Shown here: one piece after another, positions 22,108 to 30,693 of the stretch
How the letters are laid out: the number at the start of each line of letters is the position of its first letter
Position numbering within the stretch: position 1 is the stretch's first letter
Source of the DNA: Gammaproteobacteria bacterium
GTDB lineage: Bacteria > Pseudomonadota > Gammaproteobacteria > JAKBBU01
Reading direction: 5' to 3'
Length of the DNA: 64,000 nucleotides
Assembly: GCA_021773195.1 (NCBI GenBank)
Contig: JAJFKN010000028.1
Location: forward strand, 18,533-82,532
The notes under the pieces: model-generated
The model's database searches: none
What the model saw: the letters and a program-made list of their open reading frames with translations, nothing else
What the model was told of the DNA's origin: nothing
Translations under genes and position numbers: made by a program

Positions 22108-23802
22108 TTACGCCTTATTCTTGGGTAAATTGTCATAGCGGTCCGGCGGGACATCCATAATCCTCAAAGCATTGGCCATGACTTTTGAAAACACAGGCGC
22201 TGAAACCAAACCACCGTAATAAAATTTGCCTTCTGGGTCGTGAATGAAAACCGCTACAACTAACTGGGGCCTACTGGCTGGAGCCATTCCCACAAAAACT
22301 GCATTATGGTGATCTTTTTCATAACCACGGGGACCTACAATACGCGATGTGCCGGTTTTTCCTGCCACATGATAACCAGGCACTTGCGCCAAATAACCCG
22401 TCCCACCTTTTTCTACAACAGCTTGCAACATATTCACTACTTGCTTTGCCGTTTCAGGGCTCAATACTTGCTGCCCTGAGGGTAAGCTGTTTTCCTTTAG
22501 CAAAGAAACTGGCATTTTAACACCGTCATTAGCTAACACTTGGTAAGCTGCCGCCAACTGCAATGTCGTTACCGACAATCCATAACCAAAAGATAACGTT
22601 GCTAAAGAAAATGCTGGCCAATTGGCATGATAGGGTAAATAACCTGCGCTCTCACCGGGGAAGTCACTGGTTGTACGCTGCCCAAAACCTACGGTTTGTA
22701 AAAGGTGTGGCAGACTTTCTGGAGGTAAGGATAAAGTGATTTTTGCCGCGCCCATATTGCTAGAGATTTGAATGATCCGAGTTAAATCAATTTTCCCATT
22801 ATCACGATGGTCACGTACGCGGTGGCCACCCACAATCATCCAACCGGGCGATGTATTGACCACGGTACTCGGTGTGTATTCCCCACTGGATAGTGCATTA
22901 GCTACGGTAAAAGCTTTATTGGTAGAACCTGGCTCAAATACATCGGTAACGGCTCTATTTCTATATCTACCCATGGCAATATCAGGACGGTTATTAGGAT
23001 TGAAAGAAGGTACTGTTGCCATGGCAAGCACCTCGCCTGTTTTAGCGTTCATGACAACAACGGAACCTGATTTCGCTTTATTCTTTGCTACGGCTTCTTT
23101 CAATGTACGATAAGCCACATATTGAATACGTCGATCGATACTTAATTTTAGGTCATGCCCTGGTGTGGGTTCACGAATAATATCTACATTAGCAACGATG
23201 TGACCTAACCGATCTTTCAATACGCGTTTTTTACCTGAAACGCCTTCCATCCAGCCGTTATATGCCAGCTCCATACCTTCTTGACCATTGTCGTCAATAT
23301 TTGTAATCCCCACTAACTGTGCCGCCACCTCCCCTTCAGGGTAATAACGCCGAAATTCTTTTTGTTCATTAACGCCTTTGATATTCAATGCCAATACACG
23401 TGCCGCAATACTGGGATCTACCAAACGTTTTATAAAAAGAAATTCTTTTTTGCTATTAGCATGGATATGTTTTTGTATATCTGAAGCATTGAGATCTAAT
23501 AGGCTAGCCACTTGTTTTAATTGTTTAGGGGTGATTTTCAATTTCTTTGGATTCACCCAGATGGCTTCAACGGGTGTACTGATGGCTAAAGGCGCACCGT
23601 AACGATCTTCAATCATACCGCGGTAAGCAGGAATGGGCACCACACGCAACGTCCTAACATCACCCTGATTTTGCAAAAAAACCCGGTCAAACACCATCAA
23701 ATCCAACATACGGTAAAATAGGCCACCCGCTACTAAGAGGAGCAGTCCGGCGATAAACCAAAAACGCCAGGTATTATTAACTGTCTTTTTGGGGGCCTTC
23801 AC
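22108..23802 (-). CDS. ftsI: Peptidoglycan D,D-transpeptidase FtsI (PBP3)
   Basis: N-terminal TM, PBP dimerisation domain and transpeptidase motifs are present: STNKA-like SxxK, SSN and KTGT (GKTGTSR). Length is 564 aa. Confidence 0.93.
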   Translation of the reverse strand: MKAPKKTVNNTWRFWFIAGLLLLVAGGLFYRMLDLMVFDRVFLQNQGDVRTLRVVPIPAYRGMIEDRYGAPLAISTPVEAIWVNPKKLKITPKQLKQVASLLDLNASDIQKHIHANSKKEFLFIKRLVDPSIAARVLALNIKGVNEQKEFRRYYPEGEVAAQLVGITNIDDNGQEGMELAYNGWMEGVSGKKRVLKDRLGHIVANVDIIREPTPGHDLKLSIDRRIQYVAYRTLKEAVAKNKAKSGSVVVMNAKTGEVLAMATVPSFNPNNRPDIAMGRYRNRAVTDVFEPGSTNKAFTVANALSSGEYTPSTVVNTSPGWMIVGGHRVRDHRDNGKIDLTRIIQISSNMGAAKITLSLPPESLPHLLQTVGFGQRTTSDFPGESAGYLPYHANWPAFSLATLSFGYGLSVTTLQLAAAYQVLANDGVKMPVSLLKENSLPSGQQVLSPETAKQVVNMLQAVVEKGGTGYLAQVPGYHVAGKTGTSRIVGPRGYEKDHHNAVFVGMAPASRPQLVVAVFIHDPEGKFYYGGLVSAPVFSKVMANALRIMDVPPDRYDNLPKNKA

Positions 23803-24176
23803 TCATTATCATCCATTGACGCCGTCAGCGCAGATTGTGCTGACAACTTGACTATTTTCATATTCTTTGCCTGTGGCAATTTCATATCTAACCGCGTTTG
23901 CGCCAAAACTTGTACCCGAGCCTGTGTAGCCAAGGTATTTTGTTCCAACAACAATTGCCCCCATTGGGTATGTGCACTGTCTTGTGTACGCTGTAAGGAT
24001 ACCATTTGCATAAAGAGCTGGCGATTATTTTGTTTAACATAGACCACGCCTAAAGCTGAAATCATAACGCCAAAGCCCAAAACCAAAAAAATTAATACTT
24101 GTTTTGAAAACAAAAACGCCAAAAAAGAGCTGTTCACCGCGTAATTTCGATCATAGGCCTTAGCCGCTGTATTCAT
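23799..24176 (-). CDS. ftsL: Cell division protein FtsL
   Basis: 125 aa small bitopic protein with one TM (LIFLVLGFGVMISALGVVYV). It lies between rsmH and ftsI. Confidence 0.7.
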   Translation of the reverse strand: MNTAAKAYDRNYAVNSSFLAFLFSKQVLIFLVLGFGVMISALGVVYVKQNNRQLFMQMVSLQRTQDSAHTQWGQLLLEQNTLATQARVQVLAQTRLDMKLPQAKNMKIVKLSAQSALTASMDDNE

Positions 24177-25108
24177 GAAGCTCTTTCTCCTATTCTTAAA
24201 ATAGCACTACGAGAACGCGGGTTTAGCGCCAACTCTTCTTCGCCTGCACGGATGGCCTTGCCTAATATACGCAGCGGAAATACCTGCTGCTCTTCACGAA
24301 TTGGCAGATCTTTGGGCCATTGGGCCGTGGATTGTTTACGCATAAACTGTTTAACTATACGATCCTCGAGGGAATGAAAACTAATTACTAAAATGCGCCC
24401 ACCTACCCTTAACACATGTAAGCTGTCTTGTAGGCATTTTTCTAATTGTCTTAATTCACCATTGATGAAAATTCGAATGGCTTGGAAAGTCCGAGTCGCT
24501 GGGTGTTTCTTTTCTCGAGAAGGATTTGCCTTTGCCACAACTTCGGCTAATTGCAAGGTATCGGTTAAAGGGCTTTTTTCTCTGGCTTGCACGATGGCTC
24601 GGGCTATTCTGCCAGAAAATCGTTCTTCACCAAACTCCCATAAAACTTTTTTAATTTCAACTTCCGCTGCGTCATTTAACCAATCAGCCGCGGTAACACC
24701 TTGGCTGCTATCCATTCGCATATCGAGAGGACCTGAACGCTGAAAACTAAAACCACGGCTGGGATCATCCAGTTGTGGAGAGGAGACGCCAAGATCGAGA
24801 ATGATCCCATCTACGTTGCCGTAAAAACCCTTTTTTTTCGCTATTTCAGCCAACATGCCAAAATTTCCATGTTCAAACTGGAAACGCTTATCAACTTCAC
24901 ACTTATCTCGAGCCGCCCTTTGAGCCTCCGGGTCTTGATCTATCCCCAGCAAAACTCCATCAGGCCCCAAGCGACTCAAGATTTCCCCAGCGTGGCCACC
25001 ACGCCCGTAGGTGGCATCGATATAAACCCCAGAAGACTGAATGTTCAACTGGTGGATTATTTCACGGAGTAAAACCGGCTTGTGTGAAAATTCCTCATAT
25101 TCTTGCAT
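24173..25108 (-). CDS. rsmH: 16S rRNA (cytosine1402-N4)-methyltransferase RsmH (MraW)
   Basis: SAM-binding motifs are present (YIDATYGRGGH, LGIDQDP). Length is 311 aa and the gene follows mraZ. Confidence 0.93.
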   Translation of the reverse strand: MQEYEEFSHKPVLLREIIHQLNIQSSGVYIDATYGRGGHAGEILSRLGPDGVLLGIDQDPEAQRAARDKCEVDKRFQFEHGNFGMLAEIAKKKGFYGNVDGIILDLGVSSPQLDDPSRGFSFQRSGPLDMRMDSSQGVTAADWLNDAAEVEIKKVLWEFGEERFSGRIARAIVQAREKSPLTDTLQLAEVVAKANPSREKKHPATRTFQAIRIFINGELRQLEKCLQDSLHVLRVGGRILVISFHSLEDRIVKQFMRKQSTAQWPKDLPIREEQQVFPLRILGKAIRAGEEELALNPRSRSAILRIGERAS

Positions 25109-25563
25109 TACAACGATAATGTTTCCAGATCAGGGGGTAATCGATTACCCCCTGAATCTTTTTCTAACCATGCCTCGCGATTACTATTCCATTTGGTTTC
25201 ATCCCAAATTTCAAATTTTTTCCCCTGACCAATCAATACTACTTTCTTGGTCAACCCAGCGTAATCGCGTAATAAAGGCGCTAATAAAATTCGTCCATTG
25301 GCATCTAATTCTACTTCCGTAGCATGACCAATGAGTAACCTTTGGATGCGACGAGAGGCCGGATTGAAACTTGGCAAGCTTGCCAATTTTTCTTCTATCA
25401 ATTCCCACTCGCCTAATGGATAGAGCAATAAACATCGTGCTTCTGTATCAATCGTGACAACCAACTGGTCATTAGCTTCCGAAGCCAATCGGTCTCGATA
25501 CCGCGTGGGCATGGCCATGCGGCCTTTTACGTCGATATTAATGGCATTGATCCCACGAAACAC
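25108..25563 (-). CDS. mraZ: Transcriptional regulator MraZ
   Basis: N-terminal MFRGINAINIDVKGRMAMPTRYR matches the MraZ signature. The duplicated MraZ domain gives 151 aa. Confidence 0.93.
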   Translation of the reverse strand: MFRGINAINIDVKGRMAMPTRYRDRLASEANDQLVVTIDTEARCLLLYPLGEWELIEEKLASLPSFNPASRRIQRLLIGHATEVELDANGRILLAPLLRDYAGLTKKVVLIGQGKKFEIWDETKWNSNREAWLEKDSGGNRLPPDLETLSL

Positions 25564-25582
25564 TTTACTCTCCAGCAGGGGA

Positions 25583-25612
25583 ACTTCCCCACTCTAACCC
25601 ACTTTATTCCAC
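25583..25612 (-). promoter_or_regulatory. Three direct repeats GTGGA/GTGGG/GTGGG with 10-nt periodicity just upstream of mraZ; candidate MraZ operator overlapping the dcw promoter
   Basis: The minus strand reads GTGGAataaaGTGGGttagaGTGGGgaagt, ending ~20 nt before the mraZ start codon. MraZ is known to bind tandem GTGGG-type repeats upstream of its own gene. Confidence 0.45.
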
Positions 25613-25782
25613 TTTCGTACACTATAGGAACTGAGGGCTAAAGTGTCAAGCTTCTCAGCTCTATGGATCTGCTCATGCAATAAATGATAGGAGCTAATAT
25701 TGAGGACCATCAACCTCTTACTATAGTTAAAATCAATTATATACGTTATAATGATAGATGTTAACTATGTATAGGATGGCCC

Positions 25783-26685
25783 ATGAACATTAGGGATCTT
25801 AAGTATCTAGTGGCAGTACAGAAGCAGGGCCATTTTGGCCATGCGGCCAAAGCTTGCTTTGTGAGCCAGCCCACTTTGAGTATGCAATTAAAAAAATTAG
25901 AAGAAGAATTAGGAGTAAAACTCATTGAGCGAAACAATAAACAGGTATTGATGACACCCATCGGTATCAGTATTGCAGCTAAGGCAGAACATATTTTGCA
26001 GGAAGTGGAAGCCATTAAAAACCTAGCCAAACAAGAAGATCCTCTGCAGGGCACCTTAAAAATTGGTATCATTCCCACCCTAGCCCCCTATCTCTTACCC
26101 TATCTCATTCCTTGGCTTAGTGAGTTTTTTCCCGGCGTTAGCCCCTACTTAAAAGAAGCCCAAACCTCGCAAATTCACGCTGATTTACGTCAAGGTGATT
26201 TAGATGCGATGCTATTAGCTCTACCCATTAACGATGATTCATTAACTGGTGTCACTTTATTTGCTGAAGATTTTTGCTTAGCTACACCCAAAGGTCATCC
26301 CTTGATAAAGAAAACGCGTCTGTCTCCCAAAGATTTACAACCCTACTCCCTTTTGTTGCTTACAGAAGGACATTGTCTGCGTGATCAGGCGCTTATGCTA
26401 TGTCAGTCAGCTCATCTTTCTGAAAAATTAGACTTCAGTGCTACAAGTCTGGAAACCCTGCGGCAAATGGTCGCTGCTGGCGTAGGCATAACTTTACTGC
26501 CAAAATTAGCGGTAAAAGCCCCCGTTATTAATGAGGCTGCCATAGCCACACGGCCTTTTACTCATGAGATACCGCAACGACAAATAGGCTTGTTATGGCG
26601 AAAAGGCTCCCCGCGAGATGCTTTACTCAAGGTCCTTTCGGAAAGGCTTAAACAAGCCATTCCAAAGATTCTTCCTTTGGGCTAG
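25783..26685 (+). CDS. oxyR: LysR-family hydrogen-peroxide-sensing regulator OxyR
   Basis: N-terminal HTH MNIRDLKYLVA...VSQPTLS is present. Both redox-active cysteines lie in the conserved context EGHCLRDQALMLC, followed by SATSLETLRQMVAAGVGITLLP, closely matching E. coli OxyR. Confidence 0.88.
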   Translation: MNIRDLKYLVAVQKQGHFGHAAKACFVSQPTLSMQLKKLEEELGVKLIERNNKQVLMTPIGISIAAKAEHILQEVEAIKNLAKQEDPLQGTLKIGIIPTLAPYLLPYLIPWLSEFFPGVSPYLKEAQTSQIHADLRQGDLDAMLLALPINDDSLTGVTLFAEDFCLATPKGHPLIKKTRLSPKDLQPYSLLLLTEGHCLRDQALMLCQSAHLSEKLDFSATSLETLRQMVAAGVGITLLPKLAVKAPVINEAAIATRPFTHEIPQRQIGLLWRKGSPRDALLKVLSERLKQAIPKILPLG

Positions 26686-26720
26686 ACTTATAGTGTTGCA
26701 ACCCAATAATAGAGGAAGAT

Positions 26721-27011
26721 ATGGGTAAAGTAATCCTGCTGATTGCCGCTTTAAGCCTGCCACTGTCCCTGTGGGCAGCCTCCAATAATGCGGCTAAGCA
26801 AAACCTACAGACCCTCAAATCCCAAAACCGCCAACAAGCCGTTCAAAATAGAGGAACCCCTAAAAATCAAATACGTACACAACGCTCAGGGCAAAATATC
26901 CAACGTGCACAGCAACAATTAGACACCCAAACTCTGCCTCCTCAAGAGATACCCAACCTACGAAATCAAGTACGTCAGCAGGATTTACCCAAAGAACCCA
27001 TTGCGCCATAA
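26721..27011 (+). CDS. Hypothetical small secreted Gln/Asn-rich protein (96 aa)
   Basis: A signal peptide (LLIAALSLPLSLWAAS) is followed by low-complexity Q/N/R-rich sequence. The gene lies downstream of oxyR on the same strand. No family was recognised. Confidence 0.4.
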   Translation: MGKVILLIAALSLPLSLWAASNNAAKQNLQTLKSQNRQQAVQNRGTPKNQIRTQRSGQNIQRAQQQLDTQTLPPQEIPNLRNQVRQQDLPKEPIAP

Positions 27012-27213
27012 GCCCATCTCCTATAGAATGAAGGATTCGACCTCAAGAGATTTACGACCATGGCACTACTACTACAATATTATGCCGCCCTCAAAAGTAC
27101 CGCCTATTATCGGTATTGCCGCTCCTATCGATTTAGTTATTGATACATCCTTTACTTTATCTAGATATACTATTTCTCACCCGCAATAACGGGCTACTTT
27201 TAAGAGGTCTCAT

Positions 27214-28230
27214 ATGATCATTACAATGAAAACCAATGCTAGCGAACACGACATCAATAATGTGGTTGATAAAATTAATACTTTGGGCTTGAAAGCTCAC
27301 ATTTCCGCAGGTACCCAACGCACCATTATTGGTGTGATTGGCGAAGGCAATCACGACCATCAACACACTTTGCGTTCCATGGCATCCGTTGAAAACGTCA
27401 TTCCCATCGCTAAGCCTTACAAGATTGTCGCACGCACATCACACCCACAAACCACAATAATCGATATTAAAGGGATTCCACTGGGTGGGGAACAAATCCA
27501 AGTCATCTCAGGCCCCTGCTCCGTTGAAACACCGGAACAAATGACTGCCAGTGCAGATGCTGTAAAAGAAGCGGGTTGCCGCCTCATGCGTGGCGGTGCT
27601 TATAAACCACGCACCAGCCCTTACAGTTTCCAAGGCCATGGTGTGGATGGGTTGAAAATGTTTCGTGATGCCGCCAATCAATATGGTTTACCCATTGTAA
27701 CGGAATTAATGGATGTGCGTGAACTTGATAACTTCATGAAGCACAATGTGGATGTTATTCAAATCGGTACCCGTAATATGCAGAATTTTGACTTACTCAA
27801 AGAAGTAGGCAAAACCAAAGTCCCTGTCATTCTTAAACGAGGCATCGCCGCCACAGTGAAAGAATGGATCCTAGCAGCTGAATACATCGCTGCCAGTGGT
27901 AATCATAACATTATCTTCTGCGAACGGGGTGTACGCAGCTTCGAAACAGCTTACCGAAATATGTTGGACATTACGGCTATTCCATATTTGAAACAAGAAA
28001 CCCACTTACCTGTCATCGTGGATCCCAGCCATGCTGGTGGTTATGCTTGGATGGTACCCGCTCTTTCCAGAGCTGCTATTGCAGCAGGTGCCGATGGTTT
28101 ATTGGTGGAAAGCCATCCTATACCTAATGAAGCGTGGAGTGATGCCGAACAAGCACTCTCTCCGGCAGAGCTTAGCCAACTCATGCAAGAATTGAGTGCT
28201 GTGGCTCAAGCCATGGGCCGCACCATTTAA
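27214..28230 (+). CDS. 3-deoxy-7-phosphoheptulonate (DAHP) synthase, class I-beta (KDO8PS-like) with N-terminal regulatory domain
   Basis: 338 aa. The C-terminal ~260 aa carry DAHPS/KDO8PS family features (GPCSVE, KPRTSPYSFQG, DPSHAGG) and are preceded by a ~70-aa ferredoxin-like/ACT-like extension. It is the first gene of the aromatic amino-acid operon. Confidence 0.85.
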   Translation: MIITMKTNASEHDINNVVDKINTLGLKAHISAGTQRTIIGVIGEGNHDHQHTLRSMASVENVIPIAKPYKIVARTSHPQTTIIDIKGIPLGGEQIQVISGPCSVETPEQMTASADAVKEAGCRLMRGGAYKPRTSPYSFQGHGVDGLKMFRDAANQYGLPIVTELMDVRELDNFMKHNVDVIQIGTRNMQNFDLLKEVGKTKVPVILKRGIAATVKEWILAAEYIAASGNHNIIFCERGVRSFETAYRNMLDITAIPYLKQETHLPVIVDPSHAGGYAWMVPALSRAAIAAGADGLLVESHPIPNEAWSDAEQALSPAELSQLMQELSAVAQAMGRTI

Positions 28231-28243
28231 GGGGATATATATT

Positions 28244-29332
28244 ATGAATAATGAACAACAAGAATTGGATGAAATGCGCAAGCAAATTGATGCCATTGAC
28301 CAACAAATTCAAGACTTAATAAACAACCGAGCTAGCTGTGCCTTAAAAGTAGGAGAAATCAAACGAACCTACCATGACAACCCTGTGTATTATCGCCCAG
28401 AGAGAGAAGCCCAAGTCTTACATAAAATCATGGAACGCAACAAAGGTCCCTTACCTGATGAAGATATGGCGCGGATTTTTCGTAATATTATGTCCATGGG
28501 ATTAGCCCTACAACAAAACATGCGCATTGCTTTTTTAGGGCCAGAGGGCACCTTTGCTCACAGTGCTGCACTCAAACATTTCGGACCTTGCATTGCCACT
28601 AACCCCATGGATGCGATTAATCAAGTGTTTCGCGTGGTGGAATCCAAGAATGCCGATTATGGTGTGGTCCCCATTGAAAATTCTACGGGTGGCATCGTTA
28701 GTCAAACCTTGGATTTATTCATCGATTCTAATATTAAAGTTTGCGGTGAAGTGGAAATCCCCATTCATCAACATTTATTAAATTATCCCGGTGACAATAC
28801 GCCTATTACGCGTATTTATTCCCATCAGCAATCCTTAACTCAGTGCCGTCAATGGCTCACTGAGAATTGGCCCCAAGTGGAACAAATCGCCGTGTCCAGC
28901 AATGGCAAGGCTGCCAAGCTAGCCAAAGCCGAAGCTGGAGCTGCAGCAATCGCGGGTGAGATGGCTGCCGATGCCCATGGTTTAACAAAACTCGCTGAAA
29001 ATATCGAAGATAATCCTGACAACCGCACACGCTTTTTTATCATTGGCCACCAAGAAACACCCGTCAGCGGCAAAGATAAAACTACCTTACTATTCAAGCT
29101 AGACCATCAAGTAGGTTCTCTGGCCACCTTATTGAATACTTTGGCCAAGCGAGAAATCAATGTGTTATCCTTAGAATCTCGCCCATCCCCTAGCCAATCT
29201 TGGCATTATTTGTTTTTTATTGATGTGGAAGGCCATGCCGATGATGGCAAGCTTCATCAAACGCTAAAAGAATTAGATGAAATTGGCATTCAAATTAAAC
29301 AGTTGGGTTCTTATCCTAAAGCGGTGATTTAA
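28244..29332 (+). CDS. pheA: Bifunctional chorismate mutase / prephenate dehydratase (P-protein) with C-terminal ACT domain
   Basis: An N-terminal chorismate mutase helix (LDEMRKQIDAIDQQIQDLINNRA) is followed by a PDT domain and an ACT domain. The start was set at MNNEQQ, which has a GGGGA RBS; the ORF-track Met is 16 codons upstream inside the previous gene. Confidence 0.9.
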   Translation: MNNEQQELDEMRKQIDAIDQQIQDLINNRASCALKVGEIKRTYHDNPVYYRPEREAQVLHKIMERNKGPLPDEDMARIFRNIMSMGLALQQNMRIAFLGPEGTFAHSAALKHFGPCIATNPMDAINQVFRVVESKNADYGVVPIENSTGGIVSQTLDLFIDSNIKVCGEVEIPIHQHLLNYPGDNTPITRIYSHQQSLTQCRQWLTENWPQVEQIAVSSNGKAAKLAKAEAGAAAIAGEMAADAHGLTKLAENIEDNPDNRTRFFIIGHQETPVSGKDKTTLLFKLDHQVGSLATLLNTLAKREINVLSLESRPSPSQSWHYLFFIDVEGHADDGKLHQTLKELDEIGIQIKQLGSYPKAVI

Positions 29333-29334
29333 TC

Positions 29335-30174
29335 ATGTCGAAACGCATTTGTATTATTGGTCTTGGCTTGATGGGAGGCTCTTTGGCCTGCGCAAGCGCA
29401 TCCAGAGATTTGCATATTCATGCTGTTGATCTTGATGCGTCGAGCTTAGAAAAAGCCAAACAAGCGGGCCACATACAAAGTTATGCCACCACCATGGATG
29501 AACAAATACAACATGCAGCACTGATTATACTGGCTGTACCTATGGGCGCCATGGCACAAACCATGCAACGTCTTTACCCTTTTTTGTCCGATGACACCAT
29601 CATCACCGACGTGGGTAGCAGCAAGCAGCGTGTCATGGAAGAAGCAAAGAAATACCTTAAACAACATGCTGCCCGTTTTGTTCCAGGACATCCTCTAGCC
29701 GGTTCAGAAAAGAGCGGTTTTGATGCGGCAATCCCTGGGCTTTTTGCCAACCGGAAAATTGTCTTAACACCCCATGCACAAACCGATGCAAACGCCACAG
29801 CCACGGTGACTGACTTTTGGCAAACACTCAACGCGCAAGTCATCACAGAAGATGCCAAAAAACATGATGAAATTCTAGCGGTAACCAGCCACCTCCCCCA
29901 TATGATTACCTATGGATACATGCCACTCATTGCAGAAGACCCACAACGCTTTAAAAATTTATCGGCCAACGGTTTTCGTGATTTTACCCGCATTGCCGCC
30001 AGCGACCCCACCATGTGGGCTGACATCTGTATCGCCAACCGAGACAATTTATTAACAAGTCTAAAAGCTTTCCAAACAAACTTAGAAGAATTAACCAAAG
30101 CCCTGGAAGAAAAAGACCATGGGACACTTATGGAAGCCATAAGAAAAGCAAAATCCTTATGCACTTCCTCCTAA
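29335..30174 (+). CDS. tyrA: Prephenate/arogenate dehydrogenase (TyrA family)
   Basis: The Rossmann motif ICIIGLGLMGGSLA is present. Length is 279 aa and the gene is translationally coupled to pheA (2-nt gap). Confidence 0.8.
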   Translation: MSKRICIIGLGLMGGSLACASASRDLHIHAVDLDASSLEKAKQAGHIQSYATTMDEQIQHAALIILAVPMGAMAQTMQRLYPFLSDDTIITDVGSSKQRVMEEAKKYLKQHAARFVPGHPLAGSEKSGFDAAIPGLFANRKIVLTPHAQTDANATATVTDFWQTLNAQVITEDAKKHDEILAVTSHLPHMITYGYMPLIAEDPQRFKNLSANGFRDFTRIAASDPTMWADICIANRDNLLTSLKAFQTNLEELTKALEEKDHGTLMEAIRKAKSLCTSS

Positions 30175-30259
30175 AAAGTGCCACATGCCTTAATTTATCC
30201 CCATTAAAAAATGCTATCATACGTCAGCACAGGGACTACCACTGGCAACTGGACGTAAT

Positions 30260-30688
30260 GATAAACGATTTAAAGTTTATTTTTTTGATATAGGTCTAGC
30301 CCAGCGCATCATGCAATTAAGTTTAAAAGAGTGGTTAAACACCCCCCTTGAGGTCACTTACTTAGGAGCCATTGCAGAACAATTAGTAGCACAAGAATAT
30401 CTTGCTTATTCCAATCCAGAGGTTCCGACAGATATTTATTACTGGCATCGAGAAGAGGGCAGCTCAAATGCTGAAATAGATTTTGTATTTTTATAGAATA
30501 ACCATATCATTCCAGTGGAAGTAAAATCTGGGCTTAAGGGTGGCATGAAAAGCTTAAATCGGTTCATGCAAACCCATCCCAATACGCCATATGGCTTGAA
30601 AATTTCTCAAAATCCTAAAGCCACACAAGAACATACACGGGAATTACCTTTATATGCTCTGGAATCTTGGTATGCCGATGATTGTTAA
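30260..30688 (+). pseudogene. Remnant of a DUF4143-type AAA+ ATPase gene: C-terminal ~140 codons only, interrupted by an in-frame TAG
   Basis: One frame reads DKRFKVYFFDIGLAQRIMQLSLKEWL...YYWHREEGSSNAEIDFVFL*NNHIIPVEVKSGLKGG.... KxYxxDxGL and EIDFV...IP(V/I)EVKSG are hallmarks of the C-terminal domain of AAA_14/DUF4143 ATPases. The N-terminal ATPase part is absent; a TAA lies in frame at 30257 and only ~85 nt separate it from tyrA. The in-frame stop is at 30494-30496. Confidence 0.6.
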
Positions 30689-30693
30689 ACTAT

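Noticed and set aside
30311-30496. 61-codon ORF called as an independent small gene.
   Set aside because: The sequence continues in the same frame across a TAG into a conserved DUF4143 C-terminal motif (IPVEVKSG). It is part of a gene remnant, not a stand-alone gene.
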